A stretch of DNA of 64,000 nucleotides. It comes from Squalus acanthias (taxonomy: Eukaryota). Positions within the stretch are counted from its first letter, which is position 1, and each line of letters begins with the position of its first letter. The stretch spans positions 100,504,001-100,568,000 of the forward strand of contig CM059431.1 of the NCBI GenBank assembly GCA_030390025.1. Reading direction: 5' to 3'. This document shows positions 23,513 through 37,340 of the stretch, in pieces. The notes beneath the pieces were generated by a model that was not told the origin of the DNA, ran no database searches, and worked only from the letters and a program-made list of their open reading frames with translations. The position numbers and the translations under genes were made by a program.

Positions 23513-24104
23513 AAAGTAAAGATTATAACTGGGTGCTTGAACCGCTAAGGAAAGCAGGCAGAGGCTGGTATGTTGAGCAAGGTGCTTCCAGTTAACACAA
23601 AGCTGATGTGGTAGGTAACCTATTTGATAAGGAGCCTTCCTAAATGCTGTTAAATCCTGGACAAATGGCAAAAAATAAAGCACGGACAACAATAACTTTC
23701 TCTCTTATGCTGACCATGGACTTTCTGTACAATGACTTTCCTGCACAGTATGTGCCCCCATAAAACAAGGCAGCGCCGCATAAACGTTGGAGGAACTACT
23801 TAAAAACAAAACATCTCATCTGAGGAAAATACAAATGCCAAGTTAAATACTTAAAAGTGCAAGAATTTAAACTTGAACTGTACCTCAAACCTCGCCATCG
23901 TTCCCAAGTCACAGAATATTCTAAGTAAACTAATCTCACGGTAAAATGCCTTTTAAATTGTGCCAATCAACATTACAAAAGATTTGTGCAAGTAAAGCTG
24001 AGAACAGTCCGTCACCATAACATCTTGCACGTAGCAAGGCAGAAAAAAAATTAAACTTCCAATCATAAAAATCAGAAGCCACCATTGCTTTTCACTTAGT
24101 CCCC

Positions 24105-24520
24105 GTTACAAAGAATGTACAGCACAGAAACAGGCCATTCGGCCCAACTGGTCCGTGCCGGTGTTTATGCTCCACATGAGCCTCCTCCCACCCCTCTTCA
24201 TCTCACCCCATCAACATATCCTTCTATTCCTTTCTCCCTCATGTGTTTATCTAGGTTCCCCTTAAATGCATCTTTGCTATTCGCCTCAACCACTCCCTGT
24301 GGCAGCGAGTTCCACATTCTCACCACTCTCTCTGGGTGAAGAAGTTTCTCCTGAATTCCCTATTGGATTTATTAGTGACTATCTTATATTTACGGCCCCT
24401 AGTTTTGGACTCCCCTACAAGTGGAAACATCTTCTCTACGTCTACCCTATCGAACCCCTTCAGAATTTTAGAAGTCCTCTAAATAGGTCACCCCTCAGCC
24501 TTCTCTTCTCCAGAGAAAAG
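24105..24520 (-). mobile_element. CR1 3' fragment
   Basis: Reverse complement of the CR1 type at 22230-22615. Confidence 0.88.
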
Positions 24521-24829
24521 TTTGAAATTGTTTGGCTCTGCTTGGTGCTTCGCCCTTCATTTTGGAACAGACTTGGAGCAGACACAATCATGTATGGTGT
24601 GCAATCTATTTAATAAAATAATATACGTGTCTCTTGCCTCTGGTCTGTTCTCCCATTCTTTTATATATTTCCCCCCTACATGAATCTAATTTTCTTTATT
24701 TCTATCAGTTACTGACCCTTCCCCTTTTTTTGTGGTAACATTTGTTTTTTCCTGGTTTACCACTTACTCAACGCTCCCCTTTTTATACCTTTTAAAATCG
24801 TACTTCCAACGTGTGTGTCAATAATCTTT

Positions 24830-25275
24830 AGTTATTCTCACAAAGTCCCGTTCACCCGTCACTCCTGTGCTCGCTGACCTAGATTGGCTCTCGGTCCACC
24901 AACGCCTCGATTTTAAAATTCTCATTCTTGTTTTCAAATCCCTCCATGGCTTCACCCCCTCCCTGTCTCTGGAGCATCCACCAGCCCAATAATCCTCCGA
25001 GAATTCCGCGCTCCTCCAATTCTGGCCTCTGTGCATCCCCGATTTTCTTCGCTTCACTATTGGCGGCTGTGCCTTCAGGTGTCTGGGCCCTAAGCTCTGG
25101 AATTCCCTCCCTAAACCGCTCCTTCTCTCTATCTCTCACTCCTCCTTTAAGACGCTCCTTAAAACCTACCTGTCCTAATATCTCTAAGTGGTTGGGTGTC
25201 AATTTTGTTTGATAATGCTTCTGTGAAGTGCCTCGGGACATTTTATTACGTGAAAGGTGCTATATAAATGCAATT
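24830..25275 (+). mobile_element. L2 LINE 3' fragment
   Basis: TPVLADL.W..QRLDFKILILVFKSLHG; tail AAAGGTGCTATATAAATGCAA. Confidence 0.85.
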
Positions 25276-25454
25276 GGCAAATCTTGACTTAGCCTCGTGT
25301 CCCACTCCCAGCTCGATAAGCCATGAGCCCCACAATTTGAGAGCCACTTTACTAGACCAGTGATAATATGCTTGCAACTCTCTAACACAGCACACTACTA
25401 AGTTGAGAGGAGACCGTGCATTTTCCAACCGGGAGACAGATACACACGAAGATA

Positions 25455-25850
25455 TCAAATTGATGGGCAGGAAAAGGCCAGGTGGCCCATCAGGCTTGCC
25501 TCACACCTCATGATGACTGGAGCATTGTGACTAAACACTGCCTCCCTCCGCCTTCTCCCCCTCCCTCACTCCCTCCCGCAGCCATGTCATCTCCTGGGAG
25601 AGGTGAAAAAAAAGAGAAAAAACCCGGGGCCAATAAGGGAAAATTCCCCTCCAAACCCCTCAGGCGATGGAAACCAGTCCGTGCGATCACACGGACCAAG
25701 CGTTACCTGTAAATCCACTGACCTTCTGTATGTTGCGATCTCTGCCCCAGTCAGGAGCCGCTCCAGCTCCCTCTTGAAGGCAATGCAGAGAGTCAGCACC
25801 CACCGCACCACCCAGCAATGTGTTCCAGAGGCTCACTACTCTCTGGGAAA
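25455..25850 (-). mobile_element. CR1 subfamily with long 3' UTR, 3' fragment
   Basis: FFSQRVVSLWNTL on minus strand; UTR (CTCCTGGGAGAGG..AAAACCC.GGGCCAAT) also at 43860-43990. Confidence 0.7.
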
Positions 25851-26666
25851 AGAAGTAGCTGGCAGAAGGCAAGTCACTCTGGGGCTCTTTGATGCTCAAG
25901 AGGCCAGAGAACAGGTTACTGACTCTCCCGGTTGTTAGTGTGGTGCATAATTCAGGGCGGGAAGGGGTGGTGGGGGGCGCGGCGGGTGGTGGGGGGCAGT
26001 GGAGCTGTACGCCAAGTGCTGGATGAAAGTAATTCCCAGCAGTGCAAAGTGATTGGATATGCACAAATTGGGATTTTCTTTCTGTACACACACACACACA
26101 CACAAACGCAATGCAAAACTGCTGTTTATATTGCTGCTGATCCATTTATATGTTCACACAAAGGAGATAACAATACAAAACCAGAGTCCAGGGGTTTTAT
26201 ATAAATTGCGCATAATTTAATCAGGAGAATTCACAGTGGAGATTTGAGAAGCAATACCAATTTATACCAATGTCAAGCAGTTGCACCCACCACTGACAAA
26301 ATGATGCGCAGGAAATTTATGTAAAACTTATGCAAATTTTGTTACATTGTATAAATGAATCTAATTATCTTACTCAGAAGAGATGAAAATCATGCCGATT
26401 TACAACCTGTTAAAAATGAGGTCTGGTGTTGGTTTCCTAACCAAGTCAGTTACAGTACTTCATTTGTGAAAATAGGTTTTTTAATAGCTTGTAATTCTTT
26501 CGGTCTCTGACTGGGTGGGGTGGTCTCAAAGCCTTTACCAAAGTTGCTTGCCGTTTAACGGCTACAGAATCAGTACTCTTCTTTAAAAAAAAATACAAAA
26601 GCATAAAAATAGGATCTCTTCTAAGGTCTGGGTTGGTGATAACAGAAACACGATGCAGTTACTGAT

Positions 26667-26813
26667 CAACGTTCCCGTTAAGCTGCACGGCTGTGCGGCG
26701 GTCTGGAGGTCCCGCGCAGGCCGCTCACCAGCTTTTCAGTGGGAATAATAAGACTTGAATGGGCTGCGGAGCCAGTTAAAGCGCCCGCGCACCCAAAACA
26801 AAAGGGAACACTG
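26667..26813. mobile_element. hAT-type MITE, 147 bp
   Basis: TIR CAACGTTCCC / GGGAACACTG; perfect 8-bp TSD TTACTGAT (26659-26666, 26814-26821). Confidence 0.85.
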
Positions 26814-26856
26814 TTACTGATGCCATCTTTTCAGAAATCCGGATTTTCTTTCCCAG

Positions 26857-26880
26857 ATATATATATATATATATATATAT
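26857..26880. repeat. (TA)n microsatellite
   Basis: About 12 TA units. Confidence 0.95.
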
Positions 26881-27232
26881 TTTTGTTACGAACATGATTT
26901 ATTTATTTTTTGATATAATAGATTAAAAGAAATATTCTGGATTTGTTTAATTTTTAGAACCACTGAAATGCAGTCAAAATGTAGATGGAATTTATGTGGG
27001 CGCTTTCTTTTTAACATTCTTGTTTTACCAAAGTCACTTTTTCTTTACAGAAATGAACAACTTTAGAACGTGACATCTTAGACAGTGGAAAAGTTTATTT
27101 CAGATCTTTATTTTCAGAAAATCCCATTTGCAGGTTTCAAAAAGAAATAATTTACAATGAAAATGGTTTTAAATTAAACTCGTAAGTGGAGACAGGAGGA
27201 GCTGATGGATGACATGATACTAGTCCAGTTTA

Positions 27233-27400
27233 AGAACATAAGAAATAGGAGCAGGAGTCGGCCATTCGGCCCCTCGAGCCTGCTCCGCCATTCAATAAGA
27301 TCATGGCTGATCTTCTACCTCAACTCCACTTTCCCGCCTGATCCCCATATCCCTTGCTTCTCTTAGTATCCAAAAATCTATCGATCTCAGCCTTGAATAA
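27233..27400 (-). mobile_element. CR1 3' end
   Basis: AAGAACATAAGAAATAGGAGCAGGAGT.. tail. Confidence 0.85.
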
Positions 27401-27654
27401 ACTCTGTTGGTTATATGCTTGAATGTTTCATAAAACAAAGACCATTAAGCAGTAGACATTATAATGTAGAAAAACATATATGATAATTTCAGGGTGCAAT
27501 GGAAATGCAATTGACCTGTTTCTGAATTAATTGGTTTTCCTTAATAATGGAAAGAGAAGGGATTGCTTGCGTGTATTACTCTTTAATATGCTCAAAAGCA
27601 ATAGTTTGGAATTGACTGTGGCAGTCAAGAGCCATTTCTGCTTCTTCCCTCTCT

Positions 27655-27865
27655 TTGAAAGAGAGCAGGGGAGTTCTCTCTGCTGTCCTGGGCCAACATT
27701 TACCCCTCAACCAACATCACTAAAAACAGATTATCTGATCATTATTACACTACTGTTTGTGGGAGCTTGCTGTGCGCAGATTGGCTGCTGCCATTCCAAA
27801 ATTACAACAGTGACTACGCTTCGAAAGTACTTCATTGGCTGTGAAATGCTTTGAGACGTCCTGAA
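27655..27865 (+). mobile_element. Deu-domain SINE fragment
   Basis: Body identity with other copies. Confidence 0.8.
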
Positions 27866-28064
27866 CAGGAACATCTGACACAACAAGCCTACAAACAAAC
27901 CGAGAAACCTTTTGTTTGTCTAGTTATTCTTTTTGGAGTGTTTGTGAATTTATAGGTGGCTTTGCTTAAAGAAATGACCAAGCACAACAGCAGAGATTGT
28001 GACCTCAACTCTCTTTATGGCAAAGTGGTTTTTTTTGTATAGGAAAAGATGTTGGAAAGAGAAC

Positions 28065-28512
28065 TGATGAGGAGAGATTGAGTAGACTAGTATATTCCTA
28101 GAGTTTAGAAGAATGAGAGGTGATCTCATTGAAACGTATAAAATTCTTAAGGGGCTTGACAGGGTAGATGTAGGGAGGATGTTTCCCCTGGCTGCAGAGT
28201 CTAGAACCAGGGGTCACAGTCTCAGAGTAAGGGGTTGGCCATTTAGGACTGAGATGAGGAGAAATGTCTTCACTCAGAGGGTGGTGAATCTTTGGAATTC
28301 TCTACCTCAGAGGGCTGTGGAGGCTCAGTCATTGAGTTTATTCAAGACAGAGATCGATAGAGTTTAGGATACTAAGGGAATCAAGGGATATGAGGATCGG
28401 TTGGGAAGGTGGAGTTGAGATAGTAGATCAGCCACGATCTTACTGAATGGCGGAGCAGGCTCGAAGGACAGAATGGCCTACTGCTGCTCTATTTCTTATG
28501 TTCTTATGTTCT
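28065..28512 (+). mobile_element. CR1 3' fragment
   Basis: ORF 28113-28367; (TTCTTATG)n tail. Confidence 0.9.
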
Positions 28513-28651
28513 AACATGAAAGTAATGCTTTTTTTTAACATCATAACACAGTCCACAATTACAAACCCTCCCACCTGATTTTATAGAGTGAACTTGGTTG
28601 ACAGAGGAATTGAGCTCGTGGGAGGACACGGATAAAAAGCAACAAATAAAT

Positions 28652-28925
28652 AAATCCAATAGGGAATTCAGGAGAAACTTCTTTACCCAGAGAGAGTGGT
28701 GCAAATGTGGAACTCGCTCCCACAGGGAGTGGTTGAGGCGAATAGTATAGATACATTTAAGGGGAAGCTAGATAAACACATGAGGGAGAAAAGAATAGAA
28801 GGATATGTTGATAGGGTGAGATGAAGAGGGGTGGGAGGAGACTCGTGTAAAGCATAAACACCGGCACGGACCAGTTGGGCCGAATGGCCTGTTTCTGTGC
28901 TCTACATTCTATGCAATTCTATGTA
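28652..28925 (+). mobile_element. CR1 3' fragment
   Basis: Matches 22350-22615. Confidence 0.85.
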
Positions 28926-29829
28926 CGAGTTCATCAAAGAACCAATCAGTAAGTAGCAAAATCAATGCCTAATTTGTCTTATTCGTCATTTCCCAAGCTA
29001 ACAACTGCAGGTTATCCAATGGTCGGTGGGTTGGATGGGACACAGTGCTGTCAATCAGCTGGAGTGACAGCTGAAATATTGGCAAGCCCAACCGTCCTGA
29101 GAGGTGGTCCTGCCAGTATGGCAAGTCTCCGGTATAAACAGGGCCATGGAAAGCATACCGTCATTTTCATGGCAAATTATGACCTGTATCGGGTAACAAA
29201 TATTGAGTGGTTACTGATAAAAGTTTCTTTTTTGAACTTTCAAATTCAGCATTTTAGAAAGTGAGCATCACTATTTCAAAAGCCTTTGTTTCACCACCTT
29301 CGTGCATTCCAGAAGAGGAGATCTGAATGGTACTTAAACTAACAAAAAAAGACATTTAACACCCCTTTATGATTCATCCTACCTCTGGAATATTATGCCA
29401 ACTACTACATATACACTCTTACACCAACCTAAAACTAAGATGCATTTTAGTGCTACAACGGATACTCCTAAATTAACAAACCCCACCTTTAGGGAAAGAA
29501 TTCACTCTACTAACACTGCTTGAGCTAGGAGTGCTTATCAATGAAGAAGGACGACTTGTCCTTCAAGATTCTTCTGTCCCTATGGGAAGTATTCAACCTC
29601 TGCTCACCATTTTCATCTGACTCAGTGGTTAAAGTGGAATTTATTGCGAGGAAGTGCTCAGTCTTCATCCCCTCCGCCTGATGTTTGCACATCTAGTATT
29701 GTGAAATCCAGGGGAGTAGACGAGAAAGCTGATCTGTACTTTAAGAGCTTGGGGCAGACTAAGAGAATTAGTTGGGCTGTTAATAAGCAAAGTTATTAAG
29801 TAGCAGTGACCCAGAAAAAAAGTTTCAGA

Positions 29830-30555
29830 ATGAGACCATTCGGCCCATCGTGCCTGTGCCGGCTCTTTGAAAGGGCTCTCCAATTAGTCCCACTCCCCCC
29901 CTGCTCTTTCCCCACAGCCCTGCAAATTTTTCCCCTTTCAAGTATTTATCCAATTCCCCTTTTGAACATTCTATGTAATTAAGGGGTGATCTATTTGAGG
30001 TGATTTAAGCTGATCAAAGGAGTTGATAGGGTAGATAGAAAGAAACTATTTCCTCTGGTAGGGGGAGTCCAGAACAAGGGGGCATAACCTTAAAATTAGA
30101 GCCAGGCCGTTCAGTGGTGATGTCAGGAAGCACTTCTTCACACAAAGGGTGGTGAAAATCTGGAACTCTCTCCCCCAAAAAGCTGTTGAGGCTGGGGGTC
30201 AATTGAAAATTTCAAAACTGAGCTCGATAGATTTTTGTTGGGTAAAGGTATTAGGGAACCAAGGCGGGTAGATGGAGTTAAGGTACAGATCAGCCATGAT
30301 CTAATAGAATGCCAGAACAGGCTTGAGGGGCTGAATGGCCTGCTCCTGATCTTATGTTCCTATTTATATAGTGCCTTTCACGACCTTAGTACATCCCAAA
30401 TCACTTTACCGCCAACAAAGTACTTTTTTGAAGTGTAGTCACTGTTGTAATATTGGAAACGCTGCAGCCAATTTGCACATAGCAAACAGTAATGTGACAA
30501 TGACCAGATCATCTGTTTCACTGATGTTGGTTGAGGGATAAATATTGGCCAGGGC
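29830..30555. mobile_element. Cluster: antisense CR1 tail (29830-29965), sense CR1 3' fragment (29980-30360), antisense Deu-SINE (30360-30555)
   Basis: Identity to other copies in the window. Confidence 0.8.
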
Positions 30556-30562
30556 AATCGAC

Positions 30563-31480
30563 TAGAACATAAAAATTAGGAGCAGGATGAGGCCATACGG
30601 CCCCTCGAGCCTGCTCCGCCATTCAATAAAATCATGGCTGATCTTCGACCTCAACTCCACTTTCCCACCCGATCCCCATATCCCTTGATTCCCCTAGAGT
30701 CCAAAAATCTATTGATCTCAATCTTGAATATACTCAACGATTCAGCATCCACAGCCCTTTAGAGTAGAGAATTCCAAAGATTCACCACCCTCTGAGTGAA
30801 GAAATTCCTCCTCAACTCAGTCTTAAATGGCCGACCTCTTATCCTGGACTATGCCGCCTAGTTCTAGACTCTCCAGCCAGGGGAAACAATCTCTCAGCAT
30901 CTACCCTGTCAATCCCCTTCAGAAGCTTAAATGTTTCAATGAGATCACCTCTCATTTCTCTAAACCCCAGAGAGTATAGGCCCAATCTGCTCAATCTCTA
31001 ATCATAGGACAACCGTCTCATCCCAGGAATCAAACTAGTGAACCTTTGTTGCACCGCCTCGAAGGCAAGTATATCCTTCTTCAGATAAGGAGACCAGAAC
31101 TGTGCACAGTACTCCAGGTGTGGTCTCACCAAGGCCCTGTACAATTGTAGCAAGACTTCCTTATTCTTGTATCCAACCCACTTGTAATAAAGGCCAACAT
31201 GCCATTTGCCCTCCTAATTGATTGCTGTACCTGTATGCTAACTCTCTGAGTTTCCTGTACAAGGACACCTAAATCTCTCTGGAACACCAACATTTAACAG
31301 TTTCTCACCATTTAAAAAATATTCTGGTTTTCTATTCTTCCTCCCAAAGTGAATAACCTCACATTTCCCCACATTAAACTCCATCTGCCACCTTATTGCC
31401 CACTCACTTAACCTGTCTATATCCCTTTGCAGGCTCTTTGTGTCCTCCTCACAGCTTACTGTCCCACCTAGCTTTGTATC
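30563..31480 (-). mobile_element. CR1 3' fragment (~0.9 kb)
   Basis: Closely matches 11395-12410. Confidence 0.9.
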
Positions 31481-32491
31481 GTTGCGGTTCTGAGGAATTT
31501 GTTATGGCAATATGACAAAAAAAGGAAAACCATTTAAGGTGGTGAGAAATGGTAACACTGCCACCAAACACATTCCCAGTGAGCCAGTTAGCAATGGCGC
31601 TATCAACACAAAAACTAAAATTAGGCAACCCCAAGGGTGCCAGTGCATAAAGAAGCCAGATATTAAAACAAGGATGTTGAGCATCTTCAACCAATTCTGT
31701 TGGAAGTAAGAGACAATGACGTTATTCTCCTCATTTGCTGACTAAATACAAGGGTTATTTCCCTCCTGCAAAATCATGGCTGGAAAACATTGTGTCATTT
31801 CTGACAGTGTATTCACTAGGTAGATGTTAACCAGTTTTGCCCAGGGTTCGGAGTCAGTTCTTGTGTGCTGCAATCTTGTTAGCAAAGCTCCTCGAGACTT
31901 TCTAGGAGCTTCAGCCTGGGAGTTTCTCGAAAAACTTCAATGGGGCCTAAAAGCTACCAAGGAGATTCCAGAACATTTTGAGAGAGAATCGGCAAGAAAA
32001 GGAGTAACTGATCATAGACTATAGAAGGTGAAAAATACCAAGAGAAATTTCAGGATATTTAAATGATATTCCGATGACACTAGCTGGAGGTCCTTGCAGT
32101 GACTTTTACTGAAAGCACCAAGGAGCTCACACTCAAGAGAAACCGTTCAAAGTGCAGTGTGTAAAACGTGATCTGAAAATGAAGCCGCAAAGCAGGAAAA
32201 CTGTTTGAATATACTGTGTGGACATCCAGTCACTTGACAAGACAGCAAGAAATTTACACTGGGAAGAAACCAGTCTGAATGTATAGCGTAAAAAGCTGGT
32301 TAACGTATCTGATTGCTTGATAGGGGCCACAGCATTTTCTCATAGAAAAGTGACCATATAAACGTACTGAATTAAAAAGAATTCCAGAGTCAAGGGAAAC
32401 TTCAGATACACCAACGAATTCGAACCGTAGGGTTACCAATTCTGTTAGTTAATAATATCAGCTTAAGTATCTTGCGTACTTCTCATTCCAA

Positions 32492-32895
32492 AAACTTGAG
32501 CACAAAATCTAGGCTGAGGCTCCAGTGCAGTGCTGAGGGGGTGCTACATTATCGCAGGTGCCGTCATTCGGATGGGACGTTAAACCGAGGCCCCGTCTGC
32601 CCTCTCAGGTGGACGTAAAAGATCCCACGTTACTATTTCTAAGAAGAGCCAGGGGAGTTCTCCCCGGAGTCCTGGGGCCAATATTTATCCCTCAACTAAC
32701 ATCGCTAAAAACAGATTATCTGGTCATTATCACATTGCTGTTTGTGGGAGCTTGCTGTGCGCAAATTGGCTGCCGCTTTTCTTACATTACAACAGTGACT
32801 GCACTTCAAAAGTATTTAATTGGCTGTAAAGCGTTTTGGGACGCCTTGAGGTCGTGAAAGTCGCTATATAAATGCAAGCTCTTTCTTTCTTTCTT
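32492..32895 (+). mobile_element. Deu-domain SINE
   Basis: Body and (CTTT)n tail. Confidence 0.85.
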
Positions 32896-35287
32896 ACTCG
32901 TTAATGTCAGAATTGAGACAACCTGAATTGCGTTAGCAGAAGTGCATTAATGATGAAAAAAAATGTCAGTTCATAATTTCATTGTCTGGCTTCCTCTTTG
33001 ATGATTCAGCTAGAAGGGCTTAACTCATTCACTAAATAGCATACCCTGTGATCTAAGAACAGAGTTGGCTTGTGTAGTTGTGGATATCATTTGGGCCAGT
33101 TAATGAGAGACAGTTCAAGCGAGCTAAATCGTGGGCATCTATCAATCACCGGATGTGGACAGCAAACCTCTCGAAAGTTTGTTAAAGAGGTCTTAGTTAA
33201 AGGGATTATGAGTTCAGAGTAGACTGCATAACCACCATTGGTTTCTGTGAAGTCCATCCCCAACAAATGTATATTATCCTCCATCATTTAGCAACTCCAC
33301 ACAGACCAAAATGTAATTGCACATTTGAGAGCGGAAAGACAAACTTGCTCCATATATATCTGTATGAAAACACCAAGTTGATCTCTTAATTTCTTATCAA
33401 TTTACAGAACAAAACATATAAAAATTCGCAACACTAAAAACACTCTGGCTTATTTCCTATTTCACAAACAAAATTATTTCCTGATTATTAAAAGGGCGCA
33501 CAAAATCAATTATTTTTTGTTTGGCATACCGACAGCCTATGAGATTTGATCCCGTGTATGGATGTGTGACATGGAGCTGCCAAAAATAGAGCAACTTTAT
33601 AAAATATCTCAGCTTGCAATCGGCTCGACGCTCTACGCTACTCCGTGTGGTCAAATAAAACTTAGAACGGTTTTGGCAGTTTTCATTTACATATAATTAT
33701 AGCTTTATATGAACATGACAAGTGAAAACACTCTTTGGTGGCAGACAGCACAGACTGTTGAGCCCCCCTCCCGTGATACTGGATGACAAGATGCAGCACA
33801 AACTTCATCTCCTGCTAATTAAACGAATCAATTAAGAGACTATTGTTGCAACTGTGTAACTGATGTTCTATCGTGGCAACAACAACCCCACAGGGAGGTC
33901 GTTTACTACATTAAAATGCTGTCCTCCACAACTCCATCTGATATTATTAGAAACAGTTATTTGTGTCTTGCTGTCATATCGCGAACGCAGGCAAATTATG
34001 GAAATGGGGAGGCGAAGATCAACCCAGTGTGGGATCTGATTCAGATCTGAGACCTCCAAGGGAACATTCAGCGAAATTCCAAAGTTCCCCCAAAGTTCCT
34101 TATCAGAACTGAAATATCCATCAACACAGCAACCACTTAAGACACTAAGTAAGGGTCATATATTTGCATGCTACCCTGCTAAGCTAATATAATTCAACGA
34201 GACAAATTATCATATTAAATTTACCCTCCTGAGTTAAACTGATTGAGTTTCAAATTGTTTCTGAGGTTTGTCATTAGTTTATGCTGAAGCTTAAATGCGG
34301 ATACAGAGATCTAATTGTACAGCTATAGCCTGGGTCACAGTGGAACAATCTGCATGTTTTTCGCAATATAATGTCCCACCCAGTATGTTACAGTTAATTA
34401 GATTTTGGGAAGAATGCACAGCTTATTTATATAGAGTATAGATTGTTAGATTTAGGGATGAACACTTATAAATAACCCATCATCAATGATTCCATTCCTT
34501 CAATAAACAGTTGATGAGGTTCTGGTTAATGAGGAGATTACTTAAGAGGCAATGTTCTCCGGCATCACATCGAGTCCTATTGTATTTAATCAGTACTGAT
34601 GAGCATTACTGACTGGGAATGGTTCTGATAAAGACATCTCCGCAACGACATCCCAATTAATGGGGCTCAACTATAGTACAATACTCTAACGTATAGAGTG
34701 TCCTTGCCACACAAAATGATACAATTAACAGAAGTATACTCTTGGGGTAAACTGTTAGCTCAAACAGGCTGAGCCGCCGACTCCCAAGCAGAATTTTGCA
34801 AAACCAACTCCCAAAGCTGCCCATCACTCCAACCAGCCGGCTTAGTTGCACGAGTTTGATCAGTTCTTCGGGCGCACAGCTAGATGGGGCACGACCCGAT
34901 CAATCTGTTTCAAAGCGGAAGGGAAAAACAAACAAAAACAAAAAAAAAATGCATTTCCCAAACTTGCTGCCCTTAAAGACCAACTGCTGCTGTTAATCAC
35001 AGATCCGTGTTGACGGACTTTGTGGCCCAGGTCCCATTCTCCTCGCTAGAGGGTATGAGTGGTGATAAAGGTTTATGCATAAAGCAGAATTTACTGAATA
35101 GCAACCCTCCTCCTCCCTGGCGAATGTGATGTCAGTAATTCTATTGTACAGACAGGGCACCTTTAGTACAGCATTACTTCTTCTATAAAAAAAATATATA
35201 TATTACTAATGAAGCACCGTATGTCTGCATTACAACTGCACAAAATTAATGTGTATCAAAAAGTACTCTCTTTTTTCATTTTTACAG

Positions 35288-35722
35288 TGTCAGTCGTGGG
35301 CAGCACCCTCGCCTCTGAGTCAGAAGGTTGTGGGTTCAAGTCCCACTCCAGGGACTTGAGCACAAAAATCCAGGCTGACACTCTGGTGCGGTGCTGAGGG
35401 AGCGCTGCACTGTCGAAGGTGCTGTCTTTCGGATGAGACGATGTACCGAGGCCCCCGTCCGCCCTCTCGGGTGGACGCGACAAGATCCCATGGCACTGTT
35501 TCGAAGAAGAGCAGGGGAGTGCTCCCCGATGTCCTGGCCAATACCTATCCTTCAACTAACATCACTAAAATAACAGATTACCTGGTCATTATTTCATTGC
35601 TATTTGTGGGAGCTTGCTGTGCGCAAGTGACTACACTACAAAAGTACTTTATTGGCCGTGAAGCTTTGGGATGCCCTGAGGTCTTGAAACGCGCTGTAGA
35701 AATGCAAGTCTTTCTTTTCTTT
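35288..35722 (+). mobile_element. Deu-domain SINE, near full length (antisense SINE tail follows at ~35805-35920)
   Basis: tRNA-like head, body, tail. Confidence 0.85.
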
Positions 35723-36194
35723 CATTAATCCTTTAACGCACTGCACAAGAAATAAATCGAATGAGCTGATGCTTGCCATCGATATGGACTACTCTAAGCA
35801 GTGAAAAAGAAAGACAGACAGACATGCATTTCTAGAGCGCCTTTCACATCCTCAGGACGTTCTAAAGTGCTTTACTGCCAATGAAGTACTTTTTAAAGTG
35901 TAGTCACTGTTACAATGCAGGAGTGCACATTGGTTTGTTTGCTTTTTCACTGACTGGAACTGCACAGGATATGGTGGTACAGCCAAGATCAATAACTTGG
36001 TCATGTGAAAAACCGCAGACTTATCGTTCCAAGGCACAGTGCACTGGAGCATCCCCTGAAGTTTACACAATTAAACAAAGAATCGAGTGCACCAATCCAG
36101 CATTACTAAATCCTAATGGTGCTTTACAATACCACAGGCAATCCCTTAATTGCACTATTGCATTGTACAGCTGGGATGCATCACTAAATGGTGC

Positions 36195-36530
36195 AGCACA
36201 GAAGGAGGCCATTCGGCCCATCGTGCCTGTGCCGGCTCTTTGAAAGAGCTCTCCAATTAGTCCCACCCTCCCTGCTCTTTCCCCACAGCCCTGCACATTT
36301 CTCCTTTTCTGGTATTTATCTAATTCCCGTTTGAAAGTTACTATTGAATCTGCTTCCACCGCCCTTTCAGGCAGCGCATTCCAGATCACAACAACTCGCT
36401 GCGTAAAAAAAATTCTCTTCGTCTCCCCCCTGCTTATTTTGCCAGTTACCTTAAATCTGTGTCCTCTGGTTACCGACCCTCCTTATCTACTGCATCAAAA
36501 CCCCTCAAAATTTTGAACACCTCTATTAAA
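36195..36530 (-). mobile_element. CR1 3' fragment
   Basis: IWNALPERAVEADSIVTFKRELD. Confidence 0.85.
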
Positions 36531-37129
36531 TGTACTTCAGAGGAGAAGGGGCAGGCCCTAACAATGTCCAGAATGTTATTTTCCTGTATGACCATATTTT
36601 CAGATTAGAAATGAGCAATAATAATGTGATGCGATGTGAGACGGTTGACAATACAAAACATTTTTCAGCTCCCATCTCAAGTGCTCCCTGCTGCTGAGTA
36701 TTGCAGCAGAATAGACAATCTCCCCTATCTGTGACCAAAGTCCTTCTATACAGCAATTTCTCATAAAAAGTAAACCATTATGTTTTCTTTATTGATGCAC
36801 CATATTTAAAAAAATATATTATGGTTATAGAAGAAAAAAATGACACAAAACACACATTTCTGTGACAACACACAGCAATAGATCAGATAAAATATGATAC
36901 AAAACACTGTGAACTGCAAGTATGCATGGTCAATGTACAGCCTTCATTGCTCAAACACACCAAAAGTGACTTAATACTCCTGATTATGTCTACCTGTTGT
37001 GTCAATGAGCTCTTTCAAAGCAGTATCATTCATGATATGTAAATACCCTTAAGCAGGATTAAACTCGATCCAATTGAAAATTCTATTTAAGAACTGTTTT
37101 GAATAATAGATGAGTGGTGGCGGAGGATC

Positions 37130-37340
37130 ATACAACACTATCATTTTGCCTCAGGGAGTTGGATCTGAGCCCCATTCACACCAATGGATGAAAGTCTCGT
37201 CACAAATGACAATTAAGGGTTTCAACTGAAATAATTTTAGGCAGCCTCACTACAACTCCCAGCGGACGAGAGTCGATGGTACAAAACTGCCCATCATTCG
37301 ACACAAACTGGGCAATCTGGATAAGCTTGTTTACGCTGAG
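37130..37340 (+). mobile_element. Highly diverged ancient tRNA-SINE, possibly LF-SINE-like
   Basis: GATGAAAGTCTC..GGCAGCCTCA..ACAAAACTGCCCAT..AAACTGGGCAATCT resembles the LF-SINE-type body from memory only. Confidence 0.35.

Noticed and set aside
33087..33287. 66-aa minus-strand ORF MMEDNIHLLG..
   Set aside because: No homology recognised and only a weak donor
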